Notes under the pieces: model-generated
Database searches by the model: none
Told to the model about the DNA's origin: nothing
Seen by the model: the letters and a program-made list of their open reading frames with translations, nothing else
In this document: positions 50,216-60,388 of the stretch, one piece after another
Layout of the letters: every line of letters starts with the position of its first letter
Numbering within the stretch: the stretch's first letter is position 1
Origin: an uncultured Candidatus Saccharibacteria bacterium
GTDB lineage: Bacteria; Patescibacteriota; Minisyncoccia; Phycocordibacterales; CAIZLB01
Reading direction: 5' to 3'
Length of the DNA: 64,000 nucleotides
NCBI GenBank assembly: GCA_964627085.1
Contig: CAZVIP010000002.1
Span: forward strand, 85,151-149,150
Made by a program: the position numbers and the translations under genes

Positions 50216-51514
50216 ATGCAAATAAAGTCCACTATTAGCACAGAACCATACAAAGGTGTCAGGGATTTCTATCCTGAAGACCAATTTATCCAAGAGTATA
50301 TCTTTAGCGTCTGGAACAAGGCAGTACAGAGTTTTGGATTTGAATCATACAATGCATCTGTTATTGAACCTGCAGAATTGTACAAAGCAAAATCTGGCCA
50401 GGAAATTGTAAATGAACAGACATATACATTCATCGACCGTGGCGACAGAGAAGTAACACTTCGACCAGAGATGACACCTACAGTTGCAAGACTGGTTGCA
50501 GGACGCAGACGCGAGCTCGGCTTCCCTCTTCGCCTTTATTCTATTCCAAATGTATTTAGATATGAGAGACCACAGCGTGGACGACTACGAGAACACTGGC
50601 AGTTAAACGTCGACATGTTTGGTAGTAAGCATATCAGCAGTGACATAGAGATGATTGAGATTTCATCACATATTATGAAATCTTTCGGTGCAGACACGAG
50701 TGACTTCATTATCAAAATCAGTAGCCGAAAACTTCTCAACTCTATTTTTTCAGAGTGGTATTCATTTGATGAAGAAAAGTCACATGCTCTCAAGAAACTC
50801 ATAGACAGAAAATCAAAAATGCCCGAAGCAGATTTCTATGCTGAAGCAGAAAAAATCGCAGGTAAACCTTTTTCATTCCTTAATTTTGAAAACGATAACC
50901 CAGAGCTTAGTGAGGCATTCGCTTTCCCAAATATTAAATCTGCATATGACGAACTTCAATCTGTTATCACAAACCTCAAAGCAAAAGGCATCACAAACAT
51001 AGAATTCGATCAGACACTTATCCGTGGCTTTGATTACTATACCGGTATTATTTTCGAGGTATTCGATACTCACCCTGAAAACAATCGATCACTCTTTGGT
51101 GGTGGACGCTATGATGACTTACTTAAGCTCTTCGGTATTGATGATGTGCCAGCCTGCGGCTTTGGTATGGGTGATGTAACTATCGCCGATTTCCTCCGTA
51201 CACGTAATTTGCTCCCTGCCTACAAAGCAGCAGCTGACTTGATTGTCTGCCCCCTCTCTGAGGACTCACTCGAATATTCAAGCGGACTCTCAGCAGAACT
51301 ACGAGCCAAAGGTATACATACATGTACAAATAATTCCTTCAAGAATGTACGAGACCTATTCAAAACAGCTGAAAAACTCAAAATCAAATACTGCATCATT
51401 ATCGGTGAAGACGAAGTGAAAAACCAGCAATATAAAATAAAAGACCTAGAGACGGGTGCAGAATTTAGTAATGTGGATGAAATCTTGGGTACTATCCTGG
51501 AACTTAGAAAATAA
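50216..51514 (+). CDS. hisS: Histidine--tRNA ligase
   Basis: YKGVRDFYP, LRPEMTP, FRYERPQRGR.REH.Q, RGFDYYTG, GGGRYD; start re-assigned to ATG 50216. Confidence 0.97.
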   Translation: MQIKSTISTEPYKGVRDFYPEDQFIQEYIFSVWNKAVQSFGFESYNASVIEPAELYKAKSGQEIVNEQTYTFIDRGDREVTLRPEMTPTVARLVAGRRRELGFPLRLYSIPNVFRYERPQRGRLREHWQLNVDMFGSKHISSDIEMIEISSHIMKSFGADTSDFIIKISSRKLLNSIFSEWYSFDEEKSHALKKLIDRKSKMPEADFYAEAEKIAGKPFSFLNFENDNPELSEAFAFPNIKSAYDELQSVITNLKAKGITNIEFDQTLIRGFDYYTGIIFEVFDTHPENNRSLFGGGRYDDLLKLFGIDDVPACGFGMGDVTIADFLRTRNLLPAYKAAADLIVCPLSEDSLEYSSGLSAELRAKGIHTCTNNSFKNVRDLFKTAEKLKIKYCIIIGEDEVKNQQYKIKDLETGAEFSNVDEILGTILELRK

Positions 51515-51559
51515 ATAAGTTACAATCTTCAGATAACTTTAGAATATTCACATTTATTT

Positions 51560-52135
51560 ATGCGTAAAATTGTACTCGATATAGAAACCAGAAATACATT
51601 TCAAGAAGTAGGTAAGGCTGATCCAACATTACTCGATATCTCTTTGGTATGTATTCATGATTCAGAAACTGATTCCTATACGAGTTATCTGCAAGAGGAT
51701 TTAATGAAACTCTGGCCAATTCTTGAGAGAGCAGATGTTTTAATCACTTTCAATGGTGACCATTTTGATATTCCCCTTCTCGACAAATACTATTCTGGTG
51801 ATCTCACAAAAATCAAAAGCTTAGACATTCTCAAAGAGGTTCGTAAAGCCATTGGCTTCCGTGTTGGTCTCGACAATATCGCCAGTGCTACTTTGGGCAA
51901 AGGTAAGATTGGCCACGGGCTCGAAGCAATTGATTGGTGGCGCGCAGGTGAAATAGATAAAATTATCAAATACTGTATCGGTGATGTTCAAATCACCAAA
52001 GAAGTATACGACTATGCAATTGCCAACAATACCCTTAAATACAAAGAGGGTGAACTTGCAATTGAATTCAAAATAGACACATCAGAATGGGAGAAAAAAG
52101 AAGACAAAACTATGACATTTAGTTTGCCATTTTAA
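51560..52135 (+). CDS. RNase H-like (DEDD/YprB-like) domain protein
   Basis: VLDIET, TFNG..FDIP, YC..DV. Confidence 0.85.
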   Translation: MRKIVLDIETRNTFQEVGKADPTLLDISLVCIHDSETDSYTSYLQEDLMKLWPILERADVLITFNGDHFDIPLLDKYYSGDLTKIKSLDILKEVRKAIGFRVGLDNIASATLGKGKIGHGLEAIDWWRAGEIDKIIKYCIGDVQITKEVYDYAIANNTLKYKEGELAIEFKIDTSEWEKKEDKTMTFSLPF

Positions 52136-52306
52136 TTCGCCGTTCTGTCTTTTTAATTGACAAAACATATAAATATTGTAGTATGTTTTTTGGACGCAGT
52201 GATGACTACATCAGCGCTCATTAACTTCAGTAAAAACCTACGGGAGCAATCCCAAAAACAATAAAGGGCATATGCCCAACACCGCACAGAAAGGCGGTTT
52301 TGAAAA

Positions 52307-52978
52307 ATGGACACATCGAAACTTGAGGCACGCAAACCAGAATTGCTTGCCTATATCAAAAACTGGCTAGAGATGGAGGGCTTACTCCAACCCGGCCATG
52401 AAGTCATTCTCTCCATCTCTGTGGTGCCGAGCACCGCACTGAAGATTGAGTTTGATAACGACTCAGAAATTGACACACTTATGGCAATGCCACTGAAGCA
52501 ATTTCTGCAAGAACACAGGGAGCAAGGCAATAGAAACTGGGCGGTTGTGGCTAGCTTGCTGGAAAGGACCCCTTGCCTGTCTTTACTTGGTCAACTTGTC
52601 AGGATGAGTGAAAGGGATTTCTTAAAGCACAGAAATGTTGGCAGGAAGTCACTGGAAGTTGTGAAGTCCTCTCTCCTGAAACTCAATCCCCGCCTATCAT
52701 TTGGACAAGAACATCTCAGAATGGGGTTGCTTGAAAAAGCGGCACTTGAGTCGATGCCAGTTACATGCGCACAGATTAATCTCAAGAGCTTCACAGGTGA
52801 CCCGTTACTAAAACTCGACACCCTTGGGGACGTCTGTTCTGCTACGCATGATGAACTAAAACGTGCTTTTCACGCAGTTCCTAAGTGGACTGACGCGGTT
52901 GAATTAACTGAATTTGAAAAGGAAATCAATAGGCTCCGATACGAAATCAAGTTTTTCAACCTAAAGCCCAACTTCTAA
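52307..52978 (+). CDS. Stand-alone protein with RNA polymerase alpha-CTD-like domain(s)
   Basis: LGQLVRMSERDFLKHRNVGRKSLEVVK resembles the alpha-CTD HhH motif; degenerate second copy TLGDVCSATHDEL. Confidence 0.65.
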   Translation: MDTSKLEARKPELLAYIKNWLEMEGLLQPGHEVILSISVVPSTALKIEFDNDSEIDTLMAMPLKQFLQEHREQGNRNWAVVASLLERTPCLSLLGQLVRMSERDFLKHRNVGRKSLEVVKSSLLKLNPRLSFGQEHLRMGLLEKAALESMPVTCAQINLKSFTGDPLLKLDTLGDVCSATHDELKRAFHAVPKWTDAVELTEFEKEINRLRYEIKFFNLKPNF

Positions 52979-52998
52979 CCCACTCAGGCACACATTCG

Positions 52999-53031
52999 AG
53001 GTGCCGCAGCAAACCGCTGCGGCACCTTTTT
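52999..53031 (+). terminator. Intrinsic terminator
   Basis: aggtgccgcagc-aaacc-gctgcggcacct followed by T run. Confidence 0.9.
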
Positions 53032-53069
53032 CGTTTCACTTTTATGCAAATTTGCTATACTGACATGTA

Positions 53070-53825
53070 ATGAACCATACAGAGTACAAGCAAACGAATA
53101 AGCAAAACATTTTAATACCAATTTCAATTTTGGTCGCCGGACTTTGCATAGCTGGAGCTATTTACATGAACAGAAGTTCGGTTCCTGCACAAACCGTTAC
53201 TATTCCAAATGAAAAGAAAATAAACATTGACGCCTTTGTCCCTGTATCTAAGAACGATCACATACTTGGGAACCTAGAGACAGCAGAAGTGGTTATCGTT
53301 GATTATTCTGACCTTGAATGTCCATACTGTAAAATACTTCACGAAAACCTTATGCAGGTTCACAAAGACTTTGAATTAAATCCAAAAGTGGCATGGGTGT
53401 ACAGACATTACCCTATGAGTTTCCACTCAAAAGCACCAAAAGAAGCTGAGGCTACAGAATGTGTCAATGAGCTCGGAGGTAATAAAGCATTCTGGGATTA
53501 TATTCATATGATTTATGCAAATACAGAATCAAACAATACGCTTGATTCAAAAAATCTTCCGCTCTTTGCCGAAAAAGTTGGTGTAGATAAAACTGCATTT
53601 GAAGCATGTCTCACTTCAGGTAAATATGCCACAAAAATAAAAGAGAGTTATGACAATGCACTCAAATTAACAAAAACTGAAATATCACCTTTCACAGTTA
53701 TTGTTGCGAAAGGTAAAGTCATTCCACTTGTTGATGAAGAAGGTCAAGGTTTCGGAGCAGGACTTCCATACCGCGCACTTAAATCATTAGTTGATCAATT
53801 CTTGAACTCTCCTGTGATTGAATAA
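53070..53825 (+). CDS. DsbA family thioredoxin-like protein
   Basis: N-terminal TM; DHILG, YSDLECPYC, WVYRHYP, EATEC. Confidence 0.9.
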   Translation: MNHTEYKQTNKQNILIPISILVAGLCIAGAIYMNRSSVPAQTVTIPNEKKINIDAFVPVSKNDHILGNLETAEVVIVDYSDLECPYCKILHENLMQVHKDFELNPKVAWVYRHYPMSFHSKAPKEAEATECVNELGGNKAFWDYIHMIYANTESNNTLDSKNLPLFAEKVGVDKTAFEACLTSGKYATKIKESYDNALKLTKTEISPFTVIVAKGKVIPLVDEEGQGFGAGLPYRALKSLVDQFLNSPVIE

Positions 53826-53861
53826 TCCGCCCAGTCCCGCTTCGCCTAGGACCACCAAACC

Positions 53862-56800
53862 CTACTCCCCTAGTAAATAATTTTCAAAAGCTTGCACGGC
53901 CTCAAAGTCGTTTTTGAAATTCTGTTCTGCAATTTCTTTTGGGATATCAAATTCAAGGGCTTTGATTTTTCTATATACTGCTATGCAGAGTCGCTTTAGC
54001 CTATCCACTTCTTCATCTTCGAGTACGAGACTGGTACTCTGTATTCTTTTCTTACTTCGACCACTCTCACTATCAACATCTACATCTGCGTCACCCGATA
54101 CAGAACCACCAAAAGTTACAGGCTCGATAAAATCAATTGTTCCGCATATTACCTTTTTACCATACAGCTTCGCCTTCTCATCGTTTTGACCATTTCGATC
54201 AGCATGACTTGCAACATACACAGAATTTTCTAGTAATAATTTGTAGAAGAGGAGCTGATTCTTGTACTGATGTACTTTGAGTGCTTCATCAGATTTTGGA
54301 CTTTCAAAACTATCAAAAGCTCGCCCAGTCTTATAGTCGTACACAACCAGCCCATCGTCGGTGATAGTAACTTTGTCTATTTTTCCTGTGATAAAGACTT
54401 TTGCATTTACGCTTTCATTTAGGCTTTTGTTTGCACCTTCACCTGAGCCACCATTTTCATGATCATCTGATATAAGTATATGTTCGCGTGCAAAATCATA
54501 TTCCGGTATATCTGTCTCGCTAAACTCCCCTGCTTTTTGATTAAAGTACACACGGAGTGCATCCTGACCACGCTTAAGATGAATACGAAAATCATTAGGA
54601 TGCATTTTCTCTTTTTTCAAAAACAATTCAAATGTCTGCAACATATCATCAATCTTTGGTAGTACATGATTCTTTTTCAAATCATTGAGTGCGTATTCAA
54701 GTGTTGCATGAATAGCAGAACCATATGATCCTGGCAAAGATTTACTCTGCGGAAAACGGAGCAAATTTTGCTCAAAGAACAGACGAGGTCCACCCTTTGG
54801 TATATTTAAATAATTATTTAAATGCGTGACAGATAATTTGTAATTCTCTACAAGCCCTGCGAGAAGCGCTTCCTCTGTATCAATAAATGGTGCCGTGTGA
54901 TATGAAGTTGCCGCAGTCTCAAGTAGTTCACCAATGTCGAGCTGGGCTGAGCCTTCTCCGGCGGTAGTACCCGCACCAGAAATATTTACACCTGCGATAT
55001 CTACACCTACACCGACAACACTAGCAGTACCCTGTGCATCCGCACCCGTCTTGATAGTAGGTAATAAATCAACAAGGAACCTGAGTATGCTCGCTGGCTT
55101 ACCACTGTCTTTAACTTGATGTGAAGTTAGGTACAGTTGTTCACGTGCACGTGTCAGTGCAACGTAAAATAATCGGAGCTGATCGTCTTCGCTATCCCCC
55201 GCAGGTTCAATCGGCAAGTTCATCGGGAAAGAAATTTTTGATGGATGTGACCTCGATGCCCATTCATCATCTTGGCAAGAAAGTACAAAAACAACCTTGA
55301 ACTCCAAACCTTTTGACTTATGTGCGGACATAAGTTGAACAGCACTTCTTGCAGTGATAAACGGACTTTCATCATTTAATTTGAGGCCATTTTTCTCATA
55401 GACATCAACAAAACGAATAAGATCACTTGCATATAAAATCCTGAATCTGTTTGATGCATGTGCACTGTTTTGAGCAACAGAATCACCGGCTGTGGCCAAG
55501 GCACTATCTGATGCAGTGTTGCCTGCAGGAGCAGAATCACTTTCAAAACCATTAAATGACCGAAGTGAATTAATGAATACCCGCAAACTTGAGAGGAATG
55601 TTAAATATTCTGCGCGTGCATGAGTAAAGCGCTCATTTGAAAAATAATAATCTTTGAATGGACTGATGAAGTCCTTGGTATCAGTACATACTTTGTTATG
55701 ATTTTTGCCATCGCCTACAATAGCACCAGCGTTCTCACCTCCACGTGCAGTCGTAATTTCACCCACAGCATTTTCCAAATCCTCATCTTGATCTGTTGTG
55801 TCTGGCGTTAATTTAATATGAGCACCGACGAGTTTGTCGATAACACGCTCGAGTGGAAGGCTCTTGCTATCAACAGATAGGTTTATGAAAAAGAGTGCGA
55901 TGTCACGAATAAGCTGGCTATCATATTCATGCATGATTTCGAGCCATGTTTTTTTGTCACGTCTTGCAGCGAGAGATATTTTCCAGATATCAATGCGAGG
56001 TATATTCCAAAAAACAAAACTTAATATTTCTGGGAGCAGGTCATCGCGTACTGCGATATATTCCTCTGTATTAATACCAGAAGAAATAAAACGCATCATG
56101 GTTATGAGCTCGCGGATATGCGGCTCTGCAAAGACGCTTTGCTCCCGCTCATACTTAAGCGGAACTTGAGCAAGCTTCATAAATGGCACAAATTCCTCAA
56201 GCGTACCGTGCGTACGAGCAATTACCGCAATATCATTTGGCGACACACCTGCATCGATCAAAGATTTAATTTTATTAGAAACAAATTTATATTCATGCAG
56301 TGATGTCTCGTGCTCAGAATATTCAACAATATTATCCGCGGCGAGAGAGCGCGAAACTAATTCCTTTGATAAATCAGGGATTAAGTTTTCAAGTCGCTTT
56401 TCACCTTTGCGAATAATAGACATTGATAAATTCAAAATATCCTGTGTCGAGCGATAGTTCTCTGTCATTGTCACAAGCTCTACATCGGTAAATCTATGCC
56501 TAAAATCAAGGATATTTGAGAGTTCTGCGCCCTGGAATTTATAAATAGCCTGATCATCATCTCCTACCACCATGATGTTTGGTTTTCCTTCATGCTGTGC
56601 CGCACTTGTGAGAAGCGATAATATACGCATCTGGGCATTGTTTGTATCCTGGAATTCATCAACCAATAGATATTGAAATTGCTCCTGCAGTTCAAACATC
56701 AATCTTGGTTCATTACCAAGCGCTGATATCACATCCAAAATCATATCGTCAAAATCAAAATACCCTCTTCTGTATAATTCCGATTGATAATCTTGATAGA

Positions 56801-57698
56801 CATTTATGAATGAATATATCTTTTTCAGCTGAAGACGATCTCTAAAAACGTGATTACCCGCATCATCTTTTGGAAACCATTTCTTTTTCCATTCTGATAG
56901 TGATTCATTTTTTCCAGATGCTTCACACTTTGCAATTACCTCGGCCACTGACAAGGCAAATGATTCCTCAAGTGGGTGAAATATTGAGAATAATTTTTTA
57001 ACCTCTTCATTGTGCTCTCTTAGAGTTTGTTTTTTGGAGAAAAGCGCAAGCGCGGCACGCAGTTCATCCAGTGTACCCTTGCCGATTCTACTACTTATAA
57101 CAGGCACAAAAATGCTCTCGATTTGATCAAAGACCACTTCATTATCTGCAACAATGGCTTTGAGTTCGATTGGCCTGAGACCTGACTTTTTGACATGACC
57201 AATAGCACTCTGTGCTGACTTCAAAAAAGAATATCCCATCTCCGGATGATATGCTTTCAATGGATTATCATGATCCATTTTATTAAAAATTCTTTCCAGT
57301 AAATCTATCTGAGTGACCGGATCTGCAGGCGTAAAAGTGGCACTATGATAAAAAAACTCTCCATACTTTCGAATGATATCTACACAAAAATTATGAAATG
57401 TATGAATGCTGACCTGATATGCCCTGTCACCAATCAGACGCGCAAGTCTCTCGCGCATATTCTGTGCCGCAGAATCCGTAAAAGTTAAACATAAAATATT
57501 TGAAGGAAAAGCCTGTGTCGTCCTCAAAATCTGAGCTACACGCATACTCAAAATCTCTGTCTTACCTGAACCAGGCCCCGCAACCACAAGAAGCGGTCCA
57601 TCAACTGTATCGACCGCTTTGCGCTGGGCTTTATTTAATTTCTTATATCTATCACTAAAAATAGATTCAAAATCAGTAGTTTTTGCTTGTGCTGCCAT
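53862..57698 (-). CDS. UvrD/PcrA-like helicase fused to C-terminal PD-(D/E)XK nuclease
   Basis: AGPGSGKT, LTFT, VDEFQDTN, VGDDDQAIY, NYRS, HKSKGLEF, YVALTRA; GKIDK...DYKTG...QL.FY. Confidence 0.93.
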   Translation of the reverse strand: MAAQAKTTDFESIFSDRYKKLNKAQRKAVDTVDGPLLVVAGPGSGKTEILSMRVAQILRTTQAFPSNILCLTFTDSAAQNMRERLARLIGDRAYQVSIHTFHNFCVDIIRKYGEFFYHSATFTPADPVTQIDLLERIFNKMDHDNPLKAYHPEMGYSFLKSAQSAIGHVKKSGLRPIELKAIVADNEVVFDQIESIFVPVISSRIGKGTLDELRAALALFSKKQTLREHNEEVKKLFSIFHPLEESFALSVAEVIAKCEASGKNESLSEWKKKWFPKDDAGNHVFRDRLQLKKIYSFINVYQDYQSELYRRGYFDFDDMILDVISALGNEPRLMFELQEQFQYLLVDEFQDTNNAQMRILSLLTSAAQHEGKPNIMVVGDDDQAIYKFQGAELSNILDFRHRFTDVELVTMTENYRSTQDILNLSMSIIRKGEKRLENLIPDLSKELVSRSLAADNIVEYSEHETSLHEYKFVSNKIKSLIDAGVSPNDIAVIARTHGTLEEFVPFMKLAQVPLKYEREQSVFAEPHIRELITMMRFISSGINTEEYIAVRDDLLPEILSFVFWNIPRIDIWKISLAARRDKKTWLEIMHEYDSQLIRDIALFFINLSVDSKSLPLERVIDKLVGAHIKLTPDTTDQDEDLENAVGEITTARGGENAGAIVGDGKNHNKVCTDTKDFISPFKDYYFSNERFTHARAEYLTFLSSLRVFINSLRSFNGFESDSAPAGNTASDSALATAGDSVAQNSAHASNRFRILYASDLIRFVDVYEKNGLKLNDESPFITARSAVQLMSAHKSKGLEFKVVFVLSCQDDEWASRSHPSKISFPMNLPIEPAGDSEDDQLRLFYVALTRAREQLYLTSHQVKDSGKPASILRFLVDLLPTIKTGADAQGTASVVGVGVDIAGVNISGAGTTAGEGSAQLDIGELLETAATSYHTAPFIDTEEALLAGLVENYKLSVTHLNNYLNIPKGGPRLFFEQNLLRFPQSKSLPGSYGSAIHATLEYALNDLKKNHVLPKIDDMLQTFELFLKKEKMHPNDFRIHLKRGQDALRVYFNQKAGEFSETDIPEYDFAREHILISDDHENGGSGEGANKSLNESVNAKVFITGKIDKVTITDDGLVVYDYKTGRAFDSFESPKSDEALKVHQYKNQLLFYKLLLENSVYVASHADRNGQNDEKAKLYGKKVICGTIDFIEPVTFGGSVSGDADVDVDSESGRSKKRIQSTSLVLEDEEVDRLKRLCIAVYRKIKALEFDIPKEIAEQNFKNDFEAVQAFENYLLGE

Positions 57699-57733
57699 TT
57701 GATTATTATACTTGGCAACGGCTTATATATCTT

Positions 57734-57786
57734 GTTGACATCAATGATTTTATATTTTATTATCAAAATCGAATTCGTTCATTTCA
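57734..57786 (+). repeat. 53-bp promoter-containing direct repeat, copy 1
   Basis: gttgacatcaatgattttatattttattatcaaaatcgaattcgttcatttca; 51/53 identical to 59417-59469. Confidence 0.95.
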
Positions 57787-57856
57787 CCCACCAGTTCACG
57801 CTGTTTCAACACTTGATTCAGCAAACCCAACAACAAAATAGAAAGATACCCCACCT

Positions 57857-58471
57857 GTGAATGATTTACCCTCATCCCTCAAAATGGAGATTTGGTTCAT
57901 TGTTAATTTTCTCGAACGTTTTGCGAACTTTACACAGAAAACAATCGGCATCACATGCTTCGGGCTTGCCCGATTGTGTATGATTTTCTCTGTCTCGAGC
58001 TCTATAATCGCGATTATATTTGCAGTGATCCGTCCTGTTATCAAATATCCAAACCTCGCTGTCTATTCCATAATCCCATTTCTTATTCTTGTAATAATGA
58101 TTTTGTCCGGGTATTCATTTTTAACAGAAATCACCCCGATATCACTAAAAACAAGAATTACCTTTGGTTACAAGGCCATGCAGTGTGGCATGAAAAATCC
58201 ATTCATGATTATCCCTAGATTTAGTTTATGTGGTGCACTTCCTGCATTTGTCCTAAAGTGCTACTTCGTATCCACTGGTGATTGGCGTATAATTTTACTG
58301 AATATCCACCAAATGGAAGTGTATTGGCTTGCGGTAGCATTCTCATCGTGCACCCCAAGTGATTGTGGAAAATCACTACTTGGTAAAGGCTTTGATCGGG
58401 CCAAGAAAACCCTGTCATCCTTGGCTCCTGGCAAACACGCTGATCCGATCGCAGAACCAAGCCCTGCGTAA
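57857..58471 (+). CDS. Orphan membrane protein, paralog A
   Basis: Several TM segments; shares GxxCFxLA, NPxMI and ExYWxAVAxSxCTP with 59527-60150. Confidence 0.75.
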   Translation: MNDLPSSLKMEIWFIVNFLERFANFTQKTIGITCFGLARLCMIFSVSSSIIAIIFAVIRPVIKYPNLAVYSIIPFLILVIMILSGYSFLTEITPISLKTRITFGYKAMQCGMKNPFMIIPRFSLCGALPAFVLKCYFVSTGDWRIILLNIHQMEVYWLAVAFSSCTPSDCGKSLLGKGFDRAKKTLSSLAPGKHADPIAEPSPA

Positions 58472-58503
58472 ATCTCTAGCACTGAACCTATTCATCAACC
58501 ATC

Positions 58504-58537
58504 AACGGCCTCCGGACTTAACTCCGGAGGCCGTTTT
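58504..58537 (+). terminator. Intrinsic terminator
   Basis: aacggcctccgga-cttaac-tccggaggccgtttt. Confidence 0.85.
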
Positions 58538-58597
58538 ACCTATTTGATCCAAACCAAATTCAAGCCAGTGCAAAAACCTACACATATAATATGTAAG

Positions 58598-58626
58598 CCG
58601 CCCGATGCATCATGTGCATCGGGCGG
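58598..58626 (-). terminator. Hairpin terminator after convergent orphan
   Basis: ccgcccgatgca-tcatg-tgcatcgggcgg. Confidence 0.75.
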
Positions 58627-58635
58627 TAAATCAAA

Positions 58636-59310
58636 TCAGGACGAGACCAAGGCAAAACCTTTCTGGTTAAGAATATCGGCTATGACATCGCACTGTGCCT
58701 TTTTCAGACATTGCCATCTCCAAGAACAAAGTGATTCGATTGACTCCTTAGTCAAACCTGAGTCCACTGCTCTCTTGAAAAGTGTCCTAAAGGCAACAAT
58801 ATCCTTCAGACTTACTACAAAATTCCAGGCCGAGCTATATACCCACGATTCATTTCTAACACTTTCTTCGAAGAGGACTTTCCCCAAAGTATCTGCAAAT
58901 ACATGAATCGGTCTTTCATACATGTGCAGACGCCAGCAAAAGTCACCTTGAACATAGTCAACTTCCTCGCGGGCGAGTTTCCAGTAAACTTCTCTAATTT
59001 CACTTTCCAAGAGTAAATTGGATTGCAAAAGTCCTGAAGTCTTGGCTATATCTCGGGTAGGTTTTTGCATAAGCATCTCCCTTTTGAGCTCGAATGCCCG
59101 TTTATCACACGCATACAATCGCTTCAATGCATATGCCTCGATGTCGATGGTCTTATTCCTCGCAAAGCTTTTTCGGCCTTGCCAATGCTTAGTTCCACCT
59201 GTTCTAAACATTTGCCTTAGGTCTGCAGCGTTTACATCCAGGACGAATTCATCGTCCGGGAATCGAGGAGCAAGCTTTCTCCTCTTTACTTTCGCTTTCT
59301 TTTTCTTCAT
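58636..59310 (-). CDS. Hypothetical orphan protein
   Basis: 224-aa ORF with basic N-terminus and own TTGACG-17-TATATT promoter. Confidence 0.65.
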   Translation of the reverse strand: MKKKKAKVKRRKLAPRFPDDEFVLDVNAADLRQMFRTGGTKHWQGRKSFARNKTIDIEAYALKRLYACDKRAFELKREMLMQKPTRDIAKTSGLLQSNLLLESEIREVYWKLAREEVDYVQGDFCWRLHMYERPIHVFADTLGKVLFEESVRNESWVYSSAWNFVVSLKDIVAFRTLFKRAVDSGLTKESIESLCSWRWQCLKKAQCDVIADILNQKGFALVSS

Positions 59311-59416
59311 CTGAGTAAAGGGGTTAAAGGTTGAATTGAAAAGAATTTGTTATTCCAAAGACAATATATAGTTTCCTATGCCCACCGTCAACGTTCTGCT
59401 TTGCATATACGATATA

Positions 59417-59469
59417 GTTGACATCAGTAATTTTATATTTTATTATCAAAATCGAATTCGTTCATTTCA
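59417..59469 (+). repeat. 53-bp promoter-containing direct repeat, copy 2
   Basis: gttgacatcagtaattttatattttattatcaaaatcgaattcgttcatttca. Confidence 0.95.
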
Positions 59470-59526
59470 ATAGGTGCACCGTCCCGCACCACCATCTCAC
59501 AGACCCTAACCCCAACCCAAAGCAGT

Positions 59527-60150
59527 ATGCCTGACATATTCAACCTAATTGATCTCATCAAAAGAATCGAAATCTTTTTGATCGACAAAACACTTCAACC
59601 CCTCGCCCGCCTCAGTCAACGCAACCTTGGTCTCGATTGTTTCAATCTTGCAAAAATCGCAATGGTTGTCTCAATTGTCGTCCAGAGTTTTGGCTTATGG
59701 GTGGCCATTGGTCATTTACGCCTATTGCTCAAATATGGAAAAGGGAGCGCGTTTACGACATTTCTTTTCCTTGGTATCCTAACCGCGACGTTTGTAATCA
59801 GCATTCTCTTTTTCAAAAAAAACGGGGAATACTCGTTGATCAAAAAGAAAAAAGCTGGCTACGACGCAGTCGAGCGAGGGGCATGCAACCCATACATGAT
59901 CATGGGCCGGAAATGCCTCTTTTTCCTCCTTGTATACCTGTATAAGCAAATAACACAGCTAATACATGGTGAAAGTTGGTATCTTGGCTTCCAGGGTGCC
60001 TTCCAGCTGGAGACATACTGGGTTGCAGTGGCATTATCCTGCTGCACACCAGATCATCCATCACGCTCATGGAGAAAGAAAGACAAGGCAGTAGAAATGG
60101 CTCCGGCTGAATCACACCCCATACCAAGCCCGATTCCAGCGGAAGCCTGA
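59527..60150 (+). CDS. Orphan membrane protein, paralog B
   Basis: Motif-level similarity to 57857-58471. Confidence 0.75.
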   Translation: MPDIFNLIDLIKRIEIFLIDKTLQPLARLSQRNLGLDCFNLAKIAMVVSIVVQSFGLWVAIGHLRLLLKYGKGSAFTTFLFLGILTATFVISILFFKKNGEYSLIKKKKAGYDAVERGACNPYMIMGRKCLFFLLVYLYKQITQLIHGESWYLGFQGAFQLETYWVAVALSCCTPDHPSRSWRKKDKAVEMAPAESHPIPSPIPAEA

Positions 60151-60189
60151 CCCGCTCTCCACCTTGTGAATCATTCTTTTTCAAGAATT

Positions 60190-60248
60190 AAAACGTATCA
60201 CCAACTTTGCACAATTGTGCACCGTAGGTGATACGTTTTCTTTTTTTT
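60190..60248 (+). terminator. Intrinsic terminator
   Basis: aaaacgtatcacc...ggtgatacgtttt followed by T run. Confidence 0.75.
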
Positions 60249-60310
60249 AAGTTAAAACAAAAACACATTGCTGACTTTGCGGATTTTGCACCGGAAGCAA
60301 TATCCTTTTC

Positions 60311-60388
60311 TTAGCCTCAGAACAAATAAAAACACCCTCCCTTGCGTATCTTTGCGTGGGAGGGTGTTTTTATTTGTTCTGAGGCTAA
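60311..60388. repeat. 31-bp perfect inverted repeat overlapping the rpoD stop (terminator)
   Basis: ttagcctcagaacaaataaaaacaccctccc-16 nt-gggagggtgtttttatttgttctgaggctaa. Confidence 0.9.

Noticed and set aside
50027-50253. Apparent overlap of truB and hisS
   Set aside because: Artefact of longest-ORF starts; the likely starts are 50193 and 50216
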